DNA from: an uncultured Planctomycetales bacterium
GTDB lineage: Bacteria > Planctomycetota > MHYJ01 > JACPRB01
Direction of reading: 5' to 3'
NCBI GenBank assembly: GCA_964464755.1
Contig: CAYXGZ010000012.1
Coordinates: 43,755-67,754 of the forward strand
Length of the DNA stretch: 24,000 nucleotides
Shown here: in pieces, positions 1 to 7,456 of the stretch
How the letters are laid out: each line of letters starts with the position of its first letter
Numbering within the stretch: position 1 is the first letter of the stretch
Translations under genes and position numbers: made by a program
The notes under the pieces: generated by a model
Seen by the model: only the letters and a program-made list of their open reading frames with translations
Told to the model about the DNA's origin: nothing
Databases searched by the model: none

Positions 1-1398
1 GTCGACGAGGAGGTTCTGCTCGTCGAGCAGCACGAACTCGGTGGGGTCGGTGACGATCGCGTAGACGCGGATCGGCCCGCCCCCGATCTTGCGCGGGTCG
101 AGGATCACGACGTCCTTGCCGTCCTTGTTCGTCGAGGGCAGCACCTCGCCCAGGGGCTTCTTCCACTTCGGGCCCTCGCCCTTCCGGTCGCCGGGCCGGC
201 CGTCGCGGCAGCGGTAGAGGTCCTTGAAGCGGCCCTCGGTGTCCGTCCCGCCCTTGGCGTCGGAGCCGCCGCCGTACTTCTCGCCCTTGTTGATGCGCTG
301 GTAGATCCACTCGACCTTGAGCTTGTGCGTCGCCGGCTGCAGCGTCCGCACGTGCAGCTCGATCGGCGCCTCCGCGTTCGCCGCGACGGGCTTCTCGAAG
401 GGCGAGCCGCCGTCGATCGGGCGCACGTGGGTGTAGAGCATCAGGGTGAGCGCCTCCCGGCAGACCGCGCAGAACTCGGGGCCGCCGCTGAGCAGGCACT
501 CGCCGTCCGGGACGGCCTTCCAGCAGCGGCGCGTCCGCCAGTGGGCGCCCTCGAGGATGTCGATCGCGGCCGCCCGCTTGTCGCCCGCCTTCTTGGCCTC
601 GAGCCAGTGCGCCCAGGGGACCTTCGTGGCGTCCTCGGTCACGTTGACCGTCTCCGGAACGGCCGGCGGGTCCTTGCGGTCGCCACCGCCGCCCCAGCCC
701 CAGCCTCCGCCCGCGCTGAACTCGTCCCCGAGCCCCGCGAGCGCGTGGGCCCAGGCGTGCTGGATCCGCGTGGCCGTGGGGCGGGGGCCCGAGAAGGCCG
801 CGACGCCGTGCCCGCACTGGCTGTGGACCGCGCCGCCGGGCCGGATCTGCAGCAGCGCCAGCCCGTCGTCGTCGCCGCACATCTTCGCGACATCGCGCGC
901 GGCCTGGCCGTCGTAGAGCAGGTCCCCGTTGTCCTCGCGGCCCCCGAAGTAGGTCGTCAGGGAGCCCTCGGCGCGGTTGAGGCGGGGCTCCTTCGAGGCG
1001 ACGTTCGCGCGGTAGAGGTTGAAGTAGCGCGAGTACTCGCGCATCGGGTCGACCTTGAAGATCGCGCGGAGGATGGGATCCGTCTCCTTCTCCCACACCT
1101 GTTGCTTGCGGTCCTCGTACTCCACGCCGTCGGCCATGAGGACGAGGTCGAGGCGGTTCGAGGGCAGCCCGTTCACCTCGATGGGCAGGATCCGGAGGTA
1201 GGAGTTGTCCCCGGCGAAGTTCTTGGCGCGCTCGGCGACGGGCGACTTGGGGAACTGCCGGACGATGGCCATCGCGATCGCGCGGCCCTCCTGGAAGCGG
1301 CCCGCGTCCATGGCCTTGAGGAGCTTGTCCCAGGCCTTCTCGGCGCTGTCCTGGGGAGGGGGGACGAGGACGAGGAGCGCGAGGACGACGAAGCGCAT
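1..1398 (-). CDS. Secreted peptidase M64 (IgA-peptidase-like) family protein; C-terminus lies beyond the left edge; zinc motif reads HAWAH instead of HExxH
   Basis: Absent from the ORF track because it has no stop in the window. My reverse-complement translation starts at ATG 1398-1396, with SD GGGAGGAG at 1401-1408 (complement). It gives MRFVVLALLVLVPPPQDSAEKAW (signal-peptide-like), NRLDLVLMADGVEYEDRK, SRYFNLYRANV, IQHAWAHALAGLGDEF and ECLLSGGPEFCAVCREAL. This is the order and spacing I associate with the M64 family. The frame stays open to position 1 and codon position 3 is strongly G/C. Confidence 0.7.
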   Translation of the reverse strand, partial: MRFVVLALLVLVPPPQDSAEKAWDKLLKAMDAGRFQEGRAIAMAIVRQFPKSPVAERAKNFAGDNSYLRILPIEVNGLPSNRLDLVLMADGVEYEDRKQQVWEKETDPILRAIFKVDPMREYSRYFNLYRANVASKEPRLNRAEGSLTTYFGGREDNGDLLYDGQAARDVAKMCGDDDGLALLQIRPGGAVHSQCGHGVAAFSGPRPTATRIQHAWAHALAGLGDEFSAGGGWGWGGGGDRKDPPAVPETVNVTEDATKVPWAHWLEAKKAGDKRAAAIDILEGAHWRTRRCWKAVPDGECLLSGGPEFCAVCREALTLMLYTHVRPIDGGSPFEKPVAANAEAPIELHVRTLQPATHKLKVEWIYQRINKGEKYGGGSDAKGGTDTEGRFKDLYRCRDGRPGDRKGEGPKWKKPLGEVLPSTNKDGKDVVILDPRKIGGGPIRVYAIVTDPTEFVLLDEQNLLVD

Positions 1399-1413
1399 GG
1401 CTCCTCCCGGTGT

Positions 1414-1650
1414 CTAGGCGTTGAAGTAGGCCCGCCCCGATTTGTATACGACGCCGGGGAGGAAGAATTCGGCGTCTTCCATCTCCTCCATCTGGTCGAT
1501 CTTGATGGTGTGCTTGAGCTTGGGGTAGGGGAAGTTGTCGAGCAGGTAGCGGGCCGCGGACTCCGCCGTCTCCTCGATGACGTGGAAGTTCTGGTAGAAG
1601 GACCGGCCGTCGTTGCCGGTCACCAGGATATTCCACTTCTTGTTCTTCAT
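1414..1650 (-). CDS. Small hypothetical protein (78 aa), no family recognised
   Basis: Track ORF MKNKKWNILVTGNDGRSFYQNFHVIEETAESAARYLLDNF... Its composition is protein-like and balanced, not Arg/Pro/Gly-rich like the artefact ORFs. The stop at 1414-1416 lies 15 nt upstream of the M64-like start, so the two are probably co-transcribed. Confidence 0.6.
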   Translation of the reverse strand: MKNKKWNILVTGNDGRSFYQNFHVIEETAESAARYLLDNFPYPKLKHTIKIDQMEEMEDAEFFLPGVVYKSGRAYFNA

Positions 1651-1736
1651 GGGGTCGGGTGAATGTAATCGAAGGTTCCGGGGTATGCAATCACCGGAAT
1701 CCGAAACAAAACGGGTTTCCCGGCGGTCGACAGGGC

Positions 1737-3071
1737 ATGAACAAGCTGCTCTTCGCGGTGGGCATCGCCCTGGCCCTTGGAGTCGGGATCTTCGGCGTCC
1801 TCGCCTGGCGGAAGCACCTCCACGCGGACGAGATCGTCGCCCGCCACGAGAAGGAGGCCCGCAAGCGCCTCGCGGAAATCCGCTCGGCCTCCTCCGAGCG
1901 GCCGCCGCACCGGAGCCCCGCGGTCGACGGCAACGGCTGGACGCACCTCTCCAAGGCCCTGGCCGCCTACAAGGTCGCGCACGAGGCGAAGGAGACCTCG
2001 GTGTTCCCGTCGATCTCCGGGGAGGAGCCCGAGCCGCCGCCCCACGCGCCGAGCATCGACGCGTTCCTCGACAAGCACGCCGCGATCTTCGAGGGCCTCC
2101 GCACCTCGCTGGCCTGCCGGAGCGTGGACCCTGCCTACCGCTACGAGGACGGCTTCGCGTTGCTGCTCCCCGAGGTCACGTCGCTGCTCTCCGTGAACAA
2201 GGCCATCTCCGACGTCGCCCGGCTCCGCCACTCGCAGGAGCGAGACGACGAGGCGCTCGAGTGGATCGCGCTGGGCCTCGGCCTGGGCGTGGACGGGGAG
2301 GCGCGGGGCGTGCTCGTGAACCGCCTCGTGACGGAGGTGATCTTCGGGATCCAGTCCCGGACCCTCAGGGAGGTCCTGGACAGGACGAAGGCCGGGCCGG
2401 CGGCGCTCGCCGCGATGCAGGCCGCCCTCGACCGCGTCCTCGCGCAGCACGGGCCGGGCTGGAGCGGCTGCGGGGCGGAATGGGCCATGGCCCAGCTCAC
2501 GTTGGTCGACCTGGCGCACGGACGACTCCGGGGCGAGGACCTCGCCAACTCCGGGCTCAAGGGCGAGGGTCTCACCATCATGCCCGGGTACTACTTCTCC
2601 ATGAAGGTCATGGTGGCCGACGCGCTCGAGGGCTGGAGCCAGATGACGCGGGAGATCGAGGAGCTGGAGCGGCTGGCCCCGCTCCAGGCGCGGCGAGAGG
2701 CGGACACGCTGACCGCGGACCTGCTGGCGCGGCGCAACCCGCTGCTGTCCCTGCTGGTCCCCGCGTACGCGCGGCTTCCCATGAACATCGGTCGCTCGCG
2801 CTTGATGATGGACCAGGCCCGGATCGCGCTCGCGCTGGCCCGGCACCGCGCGGAGCACGGGGTTTTCCCGAAGGACCTCGCCGCCCTCGCGCCGGCGTAC
2901 CTCACGGCGATCCCCGAGGACCCGTTCACGCGCGCCCCGTACCGCTACGAGCTGCGCGACGGCGCGGCCGTGCTCTGGTCGCTCGGGGCGGACCTGGACG
3001 ACGACGGGGCCGCCAAGCCCGTGGACTGGGAGGAGGGCCTCGACGGCGACGTGGTGGTGACCCTGCGCTGA
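1737..3071 (+). CDS. Membrane-anchored hypothetical protein (444 aa) with N-terminal TM helix, helical body and a C-terminal DPF...Y...SLGADLDDDG motif
   Basis: Track ORF 1659..3071. I place the start at ATG 1737 (MNKLLFAVGIALALGVGIFGVLAW, a TM helix), because the 26 codons upstream have poor GC3 and lie in the low-GC intergenic stretch. The C-terminus reads IPEDPFTRAPYRYELRDGAAVLWSLGADLDDDG. No function recognised. Confidence 0.65.
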   Translation: MNKLLFAVGIALALGVGIFGVLAWRKHLHADEIVARHEKEARKRLAEIRSASSERPPHRSPAVDGNGWTHLSKALAAYKVAHEAKETSVFPSISGEEPEPPPHAPSIDAFLDKHAAIFEGLRTSLACRSVDPAYRYEDGFALLLPEVTSLLSVNKAISDVARLRHSQERDDEALEWIALGLGLGVDGEARGVLVNRLVTEVIFGIQSRTLREVLDRTKAGPAALAAMQAALDRVLAQHGPGWSGCGAEWAMAQLTLVDLAHGRLRGEDLANSGLKGEGLTIMPGYYFSMKVMVADALEGWSQMTREIEELERLAPLQARREADTLTADLLARRNPLLSLLVPAYARLPMNIGRSRLMMDQARIALALARHRAEHGVFPKDLAALAPAYLTAIPEDPFTRAPYRYELRDGAAVLWSLGADLDDDGAAKPVDWEEGLDGDVVVTLR

Positions 3072-3075
3072 TCGA

Positions 3076-3094
3076 GGCGGTCCCGGGGACCGCC
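3076..3094. terminator. GC-rich palindrome between convergent gene ends; candidate bidirectional terminator hairpin
   Basis: GGCGGTCCC-G-GGGACCGCC is a perfect 9+9 nt inverted repeat. It starts 5 nt after the TGA of the 1737..3071 CDS and lies 12 nt downstream of the tRNA-Leu 3' end on the other strand. There is only a weak T-run (GTTGGAGTTTAT) on the plus side. Confidence 0.4.
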
Positions 3095-3105
3095 GTTGGA
3101 GTTTA

Positions 3106-3193
3106 TGGTGGGCGCGAGAGGACTCGAACCTCCACGGCTGTTGAGGCCACTAGGTCCTGAGCCTAGCGCGTCTGCCAATTCCGCCACGCGCCC
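3106..3193 (-). tRNA. tRNA-Leu, anticodon CAG, class II (long variable arm), CCA encoded
   Basis: The reverse complement folds by hand as GGGCGCG-UG-GCGG-AAUUGGCAGA-CGC-G-CUAGG-CU[CAG]GA-CCUAG-UGGCCUCAACAGCCGU-GGAGG-UUCGAGU-CCUCU-CGCGCCC-A-CCA. It has a 7-bp acceptor stem, a 5-bp anticodon stem and a GGUUCGAGUCC T-arm. It closely resembles E. coli tRNA-Leu in the D-arm (UGGCGGAAUUGG.AGACGCGCUAG). Confidence 0.93.
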
Positions 3194-3210
3194 ACGTTGG
3201 AGGAACGGGG

Positions 3211-3238
3211 ATTATAGTCCCGCCCGCCACGCGCGCAA
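3211..3238 (-). promoter_or_regulatory. Sigma70-like promoter for tRNA-Leu: TTGCGC-16 nt-TATAAT
   Basis: On the minus strand, TTGCGC is the complement of 3233-3238, followed by a 16-nt spacer and a perfect TATAAT (complement of 3211-3216). The -10 box ends 17 nt upstream of the mature tRNA 5' end. The element sits in the 48-nt gap just after the dxs stop codon (3242-3244). Confidence 0.55.
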
Positions 3239-3241
3239 GGC

Positions 3242-5218
3242 CTAGTAGAACACGCGGCCGGAATCGTCGCGCAGCGCGGGCCGCGGCCGGCCCGCCACCT
3301 GCATGCGCACCACGTCGGCGATCCCCTCGGCGTCCAGGTGCAGGAACTTCAGCAGCTCCGTCCGGCTCCCGTGCTGGATGAAGCGGTCCGGCACGCCGTG
3401 GATCTTCACCTTGCCCGCGTCATCGTTCCGCAGCGCGAGCGCCTCGACGACGGCCGAGCCGAAGCCGCCCGCCATCGCGTGGTCCTCGAGCGTGAGCACC
3501 CAGGGGTAGCGCCGCGCCAGGTCGGAGGCGAGCTCGGCGTCCAGCGGCTTCGCGAAGCGCGCGTTGGCCACCGCGACGTCGATCCCCTCCTTGAGCAGGA
3601 GGTCCCGCGCCTGCAGCGCCTTGACCGTCATCACGCCGTACGCGAGCAGGGCGCCGTCCCGGCCCTCGACGAGCAGCTCGCCGCGGCCGGGGGCCAGCGG
3701 CGTCGTCTTCAGCGGCCAGCGCGAGAGGTCCGGGACGTTCTCGCGCGGGATCCGGATGGCGCAGGGGCCCTTCAGCGCGACGGCGTAGGCGAGCATCTCC
3801 TTGAGCTCGGCCTCGTCCTTCGGCGCCATGAGCGTCATGTGGGGCAGGGTGCGGCAGAACGCGATGTCGAACATGCCGTGGTGCGTCGGCCCGTCCTCGC
3901 CGGCGATGCCGCCCCGGTCCAGGACGAGCGTGACCGGCAGGTTGTTGAGGCAGAGCTCCTGGTAGATCATGTCGTAGGCGCGCTGCACGAACGTCGAGTA
4001 GATCGCCGCCACGGGCCGCAGCCCCGCCTGGGCCGTGCCCGCGGCGAAGCTCAGCGCGGCCTGCTCGCTGATCCCGACGTCGAAGGTGCGCTCGGGGAAC
4101 TCGCGACCGAACTCGAGGATCCCCGTCCCGTCCGGCATCGCGGCGGTGATCCCGAGGATCCGCTCGTCCTTCCGGGCCATCGCGATCAGCGTGTCGGAGA
4201 AGGCCTTCGTGTACGACTTCGCGGGGACCGCGGCGGTCGCGGTCACGGGCTCGACCTTGCCGGCCGCGGGCGGCACCGCGTTCGCGCCCGTCGGCACCAC
4301 CGCGGGCTTGGCCTTCGGCTCGGCGGGCTTGTGGACGCCGAAGGGGTCCGTCGGCGCGTCGGGATGGCCCTTGCCCTTCTGGGTCACGACGTGCAGCAGC
4401 ACCGGGCCCTTCAGGGTCTTCACGTTGTGCAGGACCTCGACGAGCAGCTTGAGGTCGTGCCCGTCGATGGGGCCGTAGTACTGGAAGCCGAACGCCGTGA
4501 AGATGTTCGGGAGGATGGCCTGCTTGAGGCCGCGCCGGGCCGAGTCGACCATGTGCTCGACCGTCGTGCCCAGCGGGAGCTTCTCGAGGACCCTGTGCAG
4601 CTCCTTCTTCAGCTCCGTGTAGAGCGGCAGCGTGCGCATCTCGGTCAGCACGTTCTTCAGGGCGCCGACCGTCGGGGCGATGGAGAACCCGTTGTCGTTG
4701 AGCACGACGAGCATGTCGCGCTTCGAGTGGCCGATGTTGTTGAGCGCCTCGAAGGCCACGCCGGAGGTCATCGAGCCGTCGCCGATGTACGAGATCACCT
4801 TGCGGCGCCGGCCGAGCAGCGCGTCGGCGGTCGCGACGCCGTACGCGGTCGCGGGGCCCGTGCCGATGTGGCCGAAGTTGAAGGGGTCGAAGACGCTCTC
4901 GGGCTTCCAGCCGAAGCCGCACATCCCGCCGAACTGGCGCAGGGTCTGGAACTTCTCCCGGCGGCCGGTCAGCAGCTTGTGCGTGTAGCACTGGTAGCTG
5001 CCGTCCCAGACGATGAGGTCCTTGTGGAGCTCGAAGACGTAGTGCAGGGCGATCGTGAGGTCGACGATGCCGAGGTTGGAGCCGAGGTGGCCGCCGTTGC
5101 GGATCACGACGTCCATGATGAGGTGGCGGATCTCCGTCGCGAGCGCCGGCAGCTCCTCTTGGGTGAGGCGGTGGATGTCGTCGGCGTCCTTGATGCGGTC
5201 GAGCAGGGGATGGCTCAC
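3242..5218 (-). CDS. dxs: 1-deoxy-D-xylulose-5-phosphate synthase
   Basis: Track ORF of 658 aa: MSHPLLDRIKDADDIHRLTQEELPALATEIR...GGHLGSNLGIVDLTIALHYVF...IGDGSMTSGVAFEALNN. It shows a TPP-binding GDG motif and transketolase-like layout. GTG start at 5218 with AGGAG 7 nt upstream. It lies downstream of ispA, as in the classical xseB-ispA-dxs operon. Confidence 0.93.
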   Translation of the reverse strand: MSHPLLDRIKDADDIHRLTQEELPALATEIRHLIMDVVIRNGGHLGSNLGIVDLTIALHYVFELHKDLIVWDGSYQCYTHKLLTGRREKFQTLRQFGGMCGFGWKPESVFDPFNFGHIGTGPATAYGVATADALLGRRRKVISYIGDGSMTSGVAFEALNNIGHSKRDMLVVLNDNGFSIAPTVGALKNVLTEMRTLPLYTELKKELHRVLEKLPLGTTVEHMVDSARRGLKQAILPNIFTAFGFQYYGPIDGHDLKLLVEVLHNVKTLKGPVLLHVVTQKGKGHPDAPTDPFGVHKPAEPKAKPAVVPTGANAVPPAAGKVEPVTATAAVPAKSYTKAFSDTLIAMARKDERILGITAAMPDGTGILEFGREFPERTFDVGISEQAALSFAAGTAQAGLRPVAAIYSTFVQRAYDMIYQELCLNNLPVTLVLDRGGIAGEDGPTHHGMFDIAFCRTLPHMTLMAPKDEAELKEMLAYAVALKGPCAIRIPRENVPDLSRWPLKTTPLAPGRGELLVEGRDGALLAYGVMTVKALQARDLLLKEGIDVAVANARFAKPLDAELASDLARRYPWVLTLEDHAMAGGFGSAVVEALALRNDDAGKVKIHGVPDRFIQHGSRTELLKFLHLDAEGIADVVRMQVAGRPRPALRDDSGRVFY

Positions 5219-5228
5219 TCGGGCTCCT

Positions 5229-6119
5229 CTAGTGGGAACGTACCAGGATGAACTCCGCCAGCAGCACCAGGTCCAGCGCGTCCGGACCCAGCGGGGACAC
5301 GGACCGGACCGCCGAGCCGATCAACCGGCCGGCGTGGCGGCGGGAGGCCTCCAGGCCGTGCAGCGCGGGGTACGTCGCCTTGTCCTGCGCGGCGTCCTTG
5401 CCCGCCGTCTTCCCGAGCTGCTCGGTCGTGCCGGTGACGTCCAAAATATCATCGACGATCTGGAAGGCAAGGCCGAGGTCGCGGCCGTAGCGCCCGAGGC
5501 GCTCGACCGTCGCTTTCGCGGCGCCCCCGGCGATCGCGCCCATCCTCGCCGCGGCGACGAACATCGCGGCCGTCTTCGCGAGGTGGATGCGCTCCAGGTC
5601 CCGCGCCGAGGTCCGCCCGCTGCCGTCGAGGTCCAGCTGCTGACCGCCGACCATGCCCGTGCTGCCCGCGGCGAGGGCGAGCTCCCGGGCCTGGGCCGCC
5701 GCCGTGGGGCCCGCGTGCTTGGCCAGCGTCCCGAACGCGGCGGCCTGCAGCGCGTCGCCCGCGAGGATCGCCGTGGCCTCGTCGAAGGCCTTGTGGCAGG
5801 AGGGGCGGCCGCGCCGGAAGTCGTCGTCGTCCATGGCGGGCAGGTCGTCGTGGATCAGCGAGTACGTGTGGATCATCTCCAGCGCGCAGGCGGCCGGCAT
5901 CGCGGCGGCGGGCGCACCACCCACCGCGCGGCAGGCGGCGAGGGCGATGTACGGGCGCAGGCGCTTGCCCCCGCCGAAGAGGCTGTAGCGGATGGCCTCG
6001 TGGAGCCGGGAGGGCACGGTCTTCGCGGAGGGGATCCAGCGATCGAGGGCGCGGTCCACCCGGGTGCCGACCCGCGAGAGCTTCGCCTCGACGGAGTTGA
6101 CCGAGTACGTCCGGATCAA
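5229..6119 (-). CDS. ispA: Short-chain (E)-polyprenyl diphosphate synthase (farnesyl/geranylgeranyl diphosphate synthase)
   Basis: Track ORF of 296 aa carrying both aspartate-rich motifs: LIHDDLPAMDDDDFRRGRP (FARM with the bacterial 2-residue insertion) and FQIVDDILD (SARM). The TTG start at 6119 overlaps the xseB stop (TTGA). Confidence 0.9.
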   Translation of the reverse strand: MIRTYSVNSVEAKLSRVGTRVDRALDRWIPSAKTVPSRLHEAIRYSLFGGGKRLRPYIALAACRAVGGAPAAAMPAACALEMIHTYSLIHDDLPAMDDDDFRRGRPSCHKAFDEATAILAGDALQAAAFGTLAKHAGPTAAAQARELALAAGSTGMVGGQQLDLDGSGRTSARDLERIHLAKTAAMFVAAARMGAIAGGAAKATVERLGRYGRDLGLAFQIVDDILDVTGTTEQLGKTAGKDAAQDKATYPALHGLEASRRHAGRLIGSAVRSVSPLGPDALDLVLLAEFILVRSH

Positions 6120-6406
6120 AACGGCACGTCCCCCTTCTTGGGCCGCGGGGGCTTCGCCTCGGCGGGCGGGGCGTCGAGGTCGCGGGCGGAGAGCGAGCCG
6201 TCCTTCTCCTTCACGAGGAGCTGGATCTTCTTCTCCGCCTCCTCGAGGATGCGGTAGCAGGTCTTGAGCGCCGCGAGGCCGGCCTCGTACTTCTCCAGCG
6301 ACTCCTCGAGGCCGAGCTTGCCCGACTCGAGGTCGCGGACGACCTGCTCGGCGCGCGCGAGGTGGTCCTCGAAGCGCTCCTTCTTGGCGGGCTTTTCGCT
6401 GGTCAT
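6116..6406 (-). CDS. xseB: Exodeoxyribonuclease VII small subunit
   Basis: Track ORF of 96 aa: FEDHLARAEQVVRDLESGKLGLEESLEKYEAGLAALKTCYRILEEAEKKIQLL. This is the typical XseB helical hairpin signature, and the gene sits directly upstream of ispA-dxs. Confidence 0.88.
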   Translation of the reverse strand: MTSEKPAKKERFEDHLARAEQVVRDLESGKLGLEESLEKYEAGLAALKTCYRILEEAEKKIQLLVKEKDGSLSARDLDAPPAEAKPPRPKKGDVPF

Positions 6407-6418
6407 GGGGCCGCCATT

Positions 6419-7456
6419 CTAGGCCGGGCGCGGGGGCCGATCAACCGGCTTCCGGTTCCAGGGCAGGAGGGCGGTGAGTTTCGGGATCCCCCAGCAGAGC
6501 AGGGCGGTCGCGATCCAGAGGTAGACCGTGCAGCCCCAGAACAGCTCCCAGGACGCCCGCTCGTACCAGTGGGCCACGGGGGCGAACCGGGCGATGGGGA
6601 AGGCCAGCAGCAGGAGGTGGCCCGCGTAGGCGGTCATCGAGTTCTGGCCGTAAAGCTCCAGGAGCCAGATGACGGGATTCCGCTTCGTCAGCCAGGAGGG
6701 AGGCGCGAAGCGCTCCGCCGCGCAGAGCAGCACGCCGACGCTCCCGAACTTCACGAGCCGCTCGCCGGCGTTCTCCAGCTGCCAGTTGACGCCCGTCACC
6801 TTGAGCCAGGCCCCGAGGAGGGCCACGCCGGCCAGGGCCCAGGCGCAGGCGGGCAGGCCGCGGGTGGAGATCGCGCCGGCGGCCGCGCCGAGCAGCACGT
6901 ACCCGGCCCAGGGCAGGACGCCGAATTCCCAGGACGCGGGCGGATTGACGAAGTGGCTCCAGACCGGGTGGGTGACGCCCGAGCACCAGGTCGAGGCCTG
7001 CAGGCAGAACAGCCCGAGGACCGTCGCCACGACCACGTAGACGCGGGGCCGGTCCGCGAGGAACTGGAGCAGGACCCACACGACCAGGAGGCTGAGCGCG
7101 ATGCAGGAGAGGACGTCGCTGGCCAGCCACCAGCCCTTCTCGTTCCAGTGGAAGTAGGCCGTCAGCGCCTTGCCGACGAGGAGCACCTCGGCGATCCGGC
7201 GCAGCGACTTGATCGACCGCGCCCGCGCGGCGGCCGGGTCCTTCGCCGCCCTCGCCATGACGAGCGTCAGCGCGAAGCCCGCCGCGAAGAGGAAGGAGGG
7301 CGCGACCAGTCCGTTGATGCCGTTCAGGAAGTCGCGCAGCGGGGTCCCGTGGAACTCCTTCGACAGGAGGATCAAGGCGTGCACCTCGATCATCACGAAC
7401 ACCGCGAGCCCGCGCAGCCAGTCGATCGCGCGGATGCGCTCCGAGGGGGCGCTCAT
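6419..7456 (-). CDS. Polytopic membrane protein, DUF1624 / heparan-alpha-glucosaminide N-acetyltransferase-like acyltransferase family
   Basis: This is the C-terminal 345 codons of track ORF 6419..8602. I place the start at ATG 7456-7454 (MSAPSERIRAIDWLRGLAVFVMIEVHALILL), where the R..IDWLRG motif is typical of the family. About 10 hydrophobic segments follow. The ATG overlaps the xseA stop (ATGA). The track residues upstream are out-of-frame overlap with xseA. Confidence 0.7.
   Translation of the reverse strand: MSAPSERIRAIDWLRGLAVFVMIEVHALILLSKEFHGTPLRDFLNGINGLVAPSFLFAAGFALTLVMARAAKDPAAARARSIKSLRRIAEVLLVGKALTAYFHWNEKGWWLASDVLSCIALSLLVVWVLLQFLADRPRVYVVVATVLGLFCLQASTWCSGVTHPVWSHFVNPPASWEFGVLPWAGYVLLGAAAGAISTRGLPACAWALAGVALLGAWLKVTGVNWQLENAGERLVKFGSVGVLLCAAERFAPPSWLTKRNPVIWLLELYGQNSMTAYAGHLLLLAFPIARFAPVAHWYERASWELFWGCTVYLWIATALLCWGIPKLTALLPWNRKPVDRPPRPA

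Noticed and set aside
325-1662. 445-aa plus-strand ORF (and nested ORFs 446..916 +, 639..893 -, 1205..1417 +)
   Set aside because: The composition is Arg/Gly/Leu/Val/Pro-rich and low-complexity. It runs antisense to a well-supported minus-strand M64-like gene and across the 78-aa gene. Long stop-free antisense frames are expected at this GC3 bias.
1659-1736. Upstream ATG starts for two genes: 1659 for the membrane protein and 11587 for the FHA protein
   Set aside because: The extensions have markedly poorer third-position GC and odd composition. The downstream ATGs begin exactly at the TM helix (1737) and at the FHA domain (11662). The 11587 start cannot be fully excluded.
3338-5251. 637-aa plus-strand ORF and 523-aa minus-strand alternative frame (3420..4991) inside dxs
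   Set aside because: dxs in its own frame has unmistakable DXS motifs. The other frames give Arg/Gly/Pro/Asp-rich nonsense typical of off-frame reading of high-GC coding DNA.
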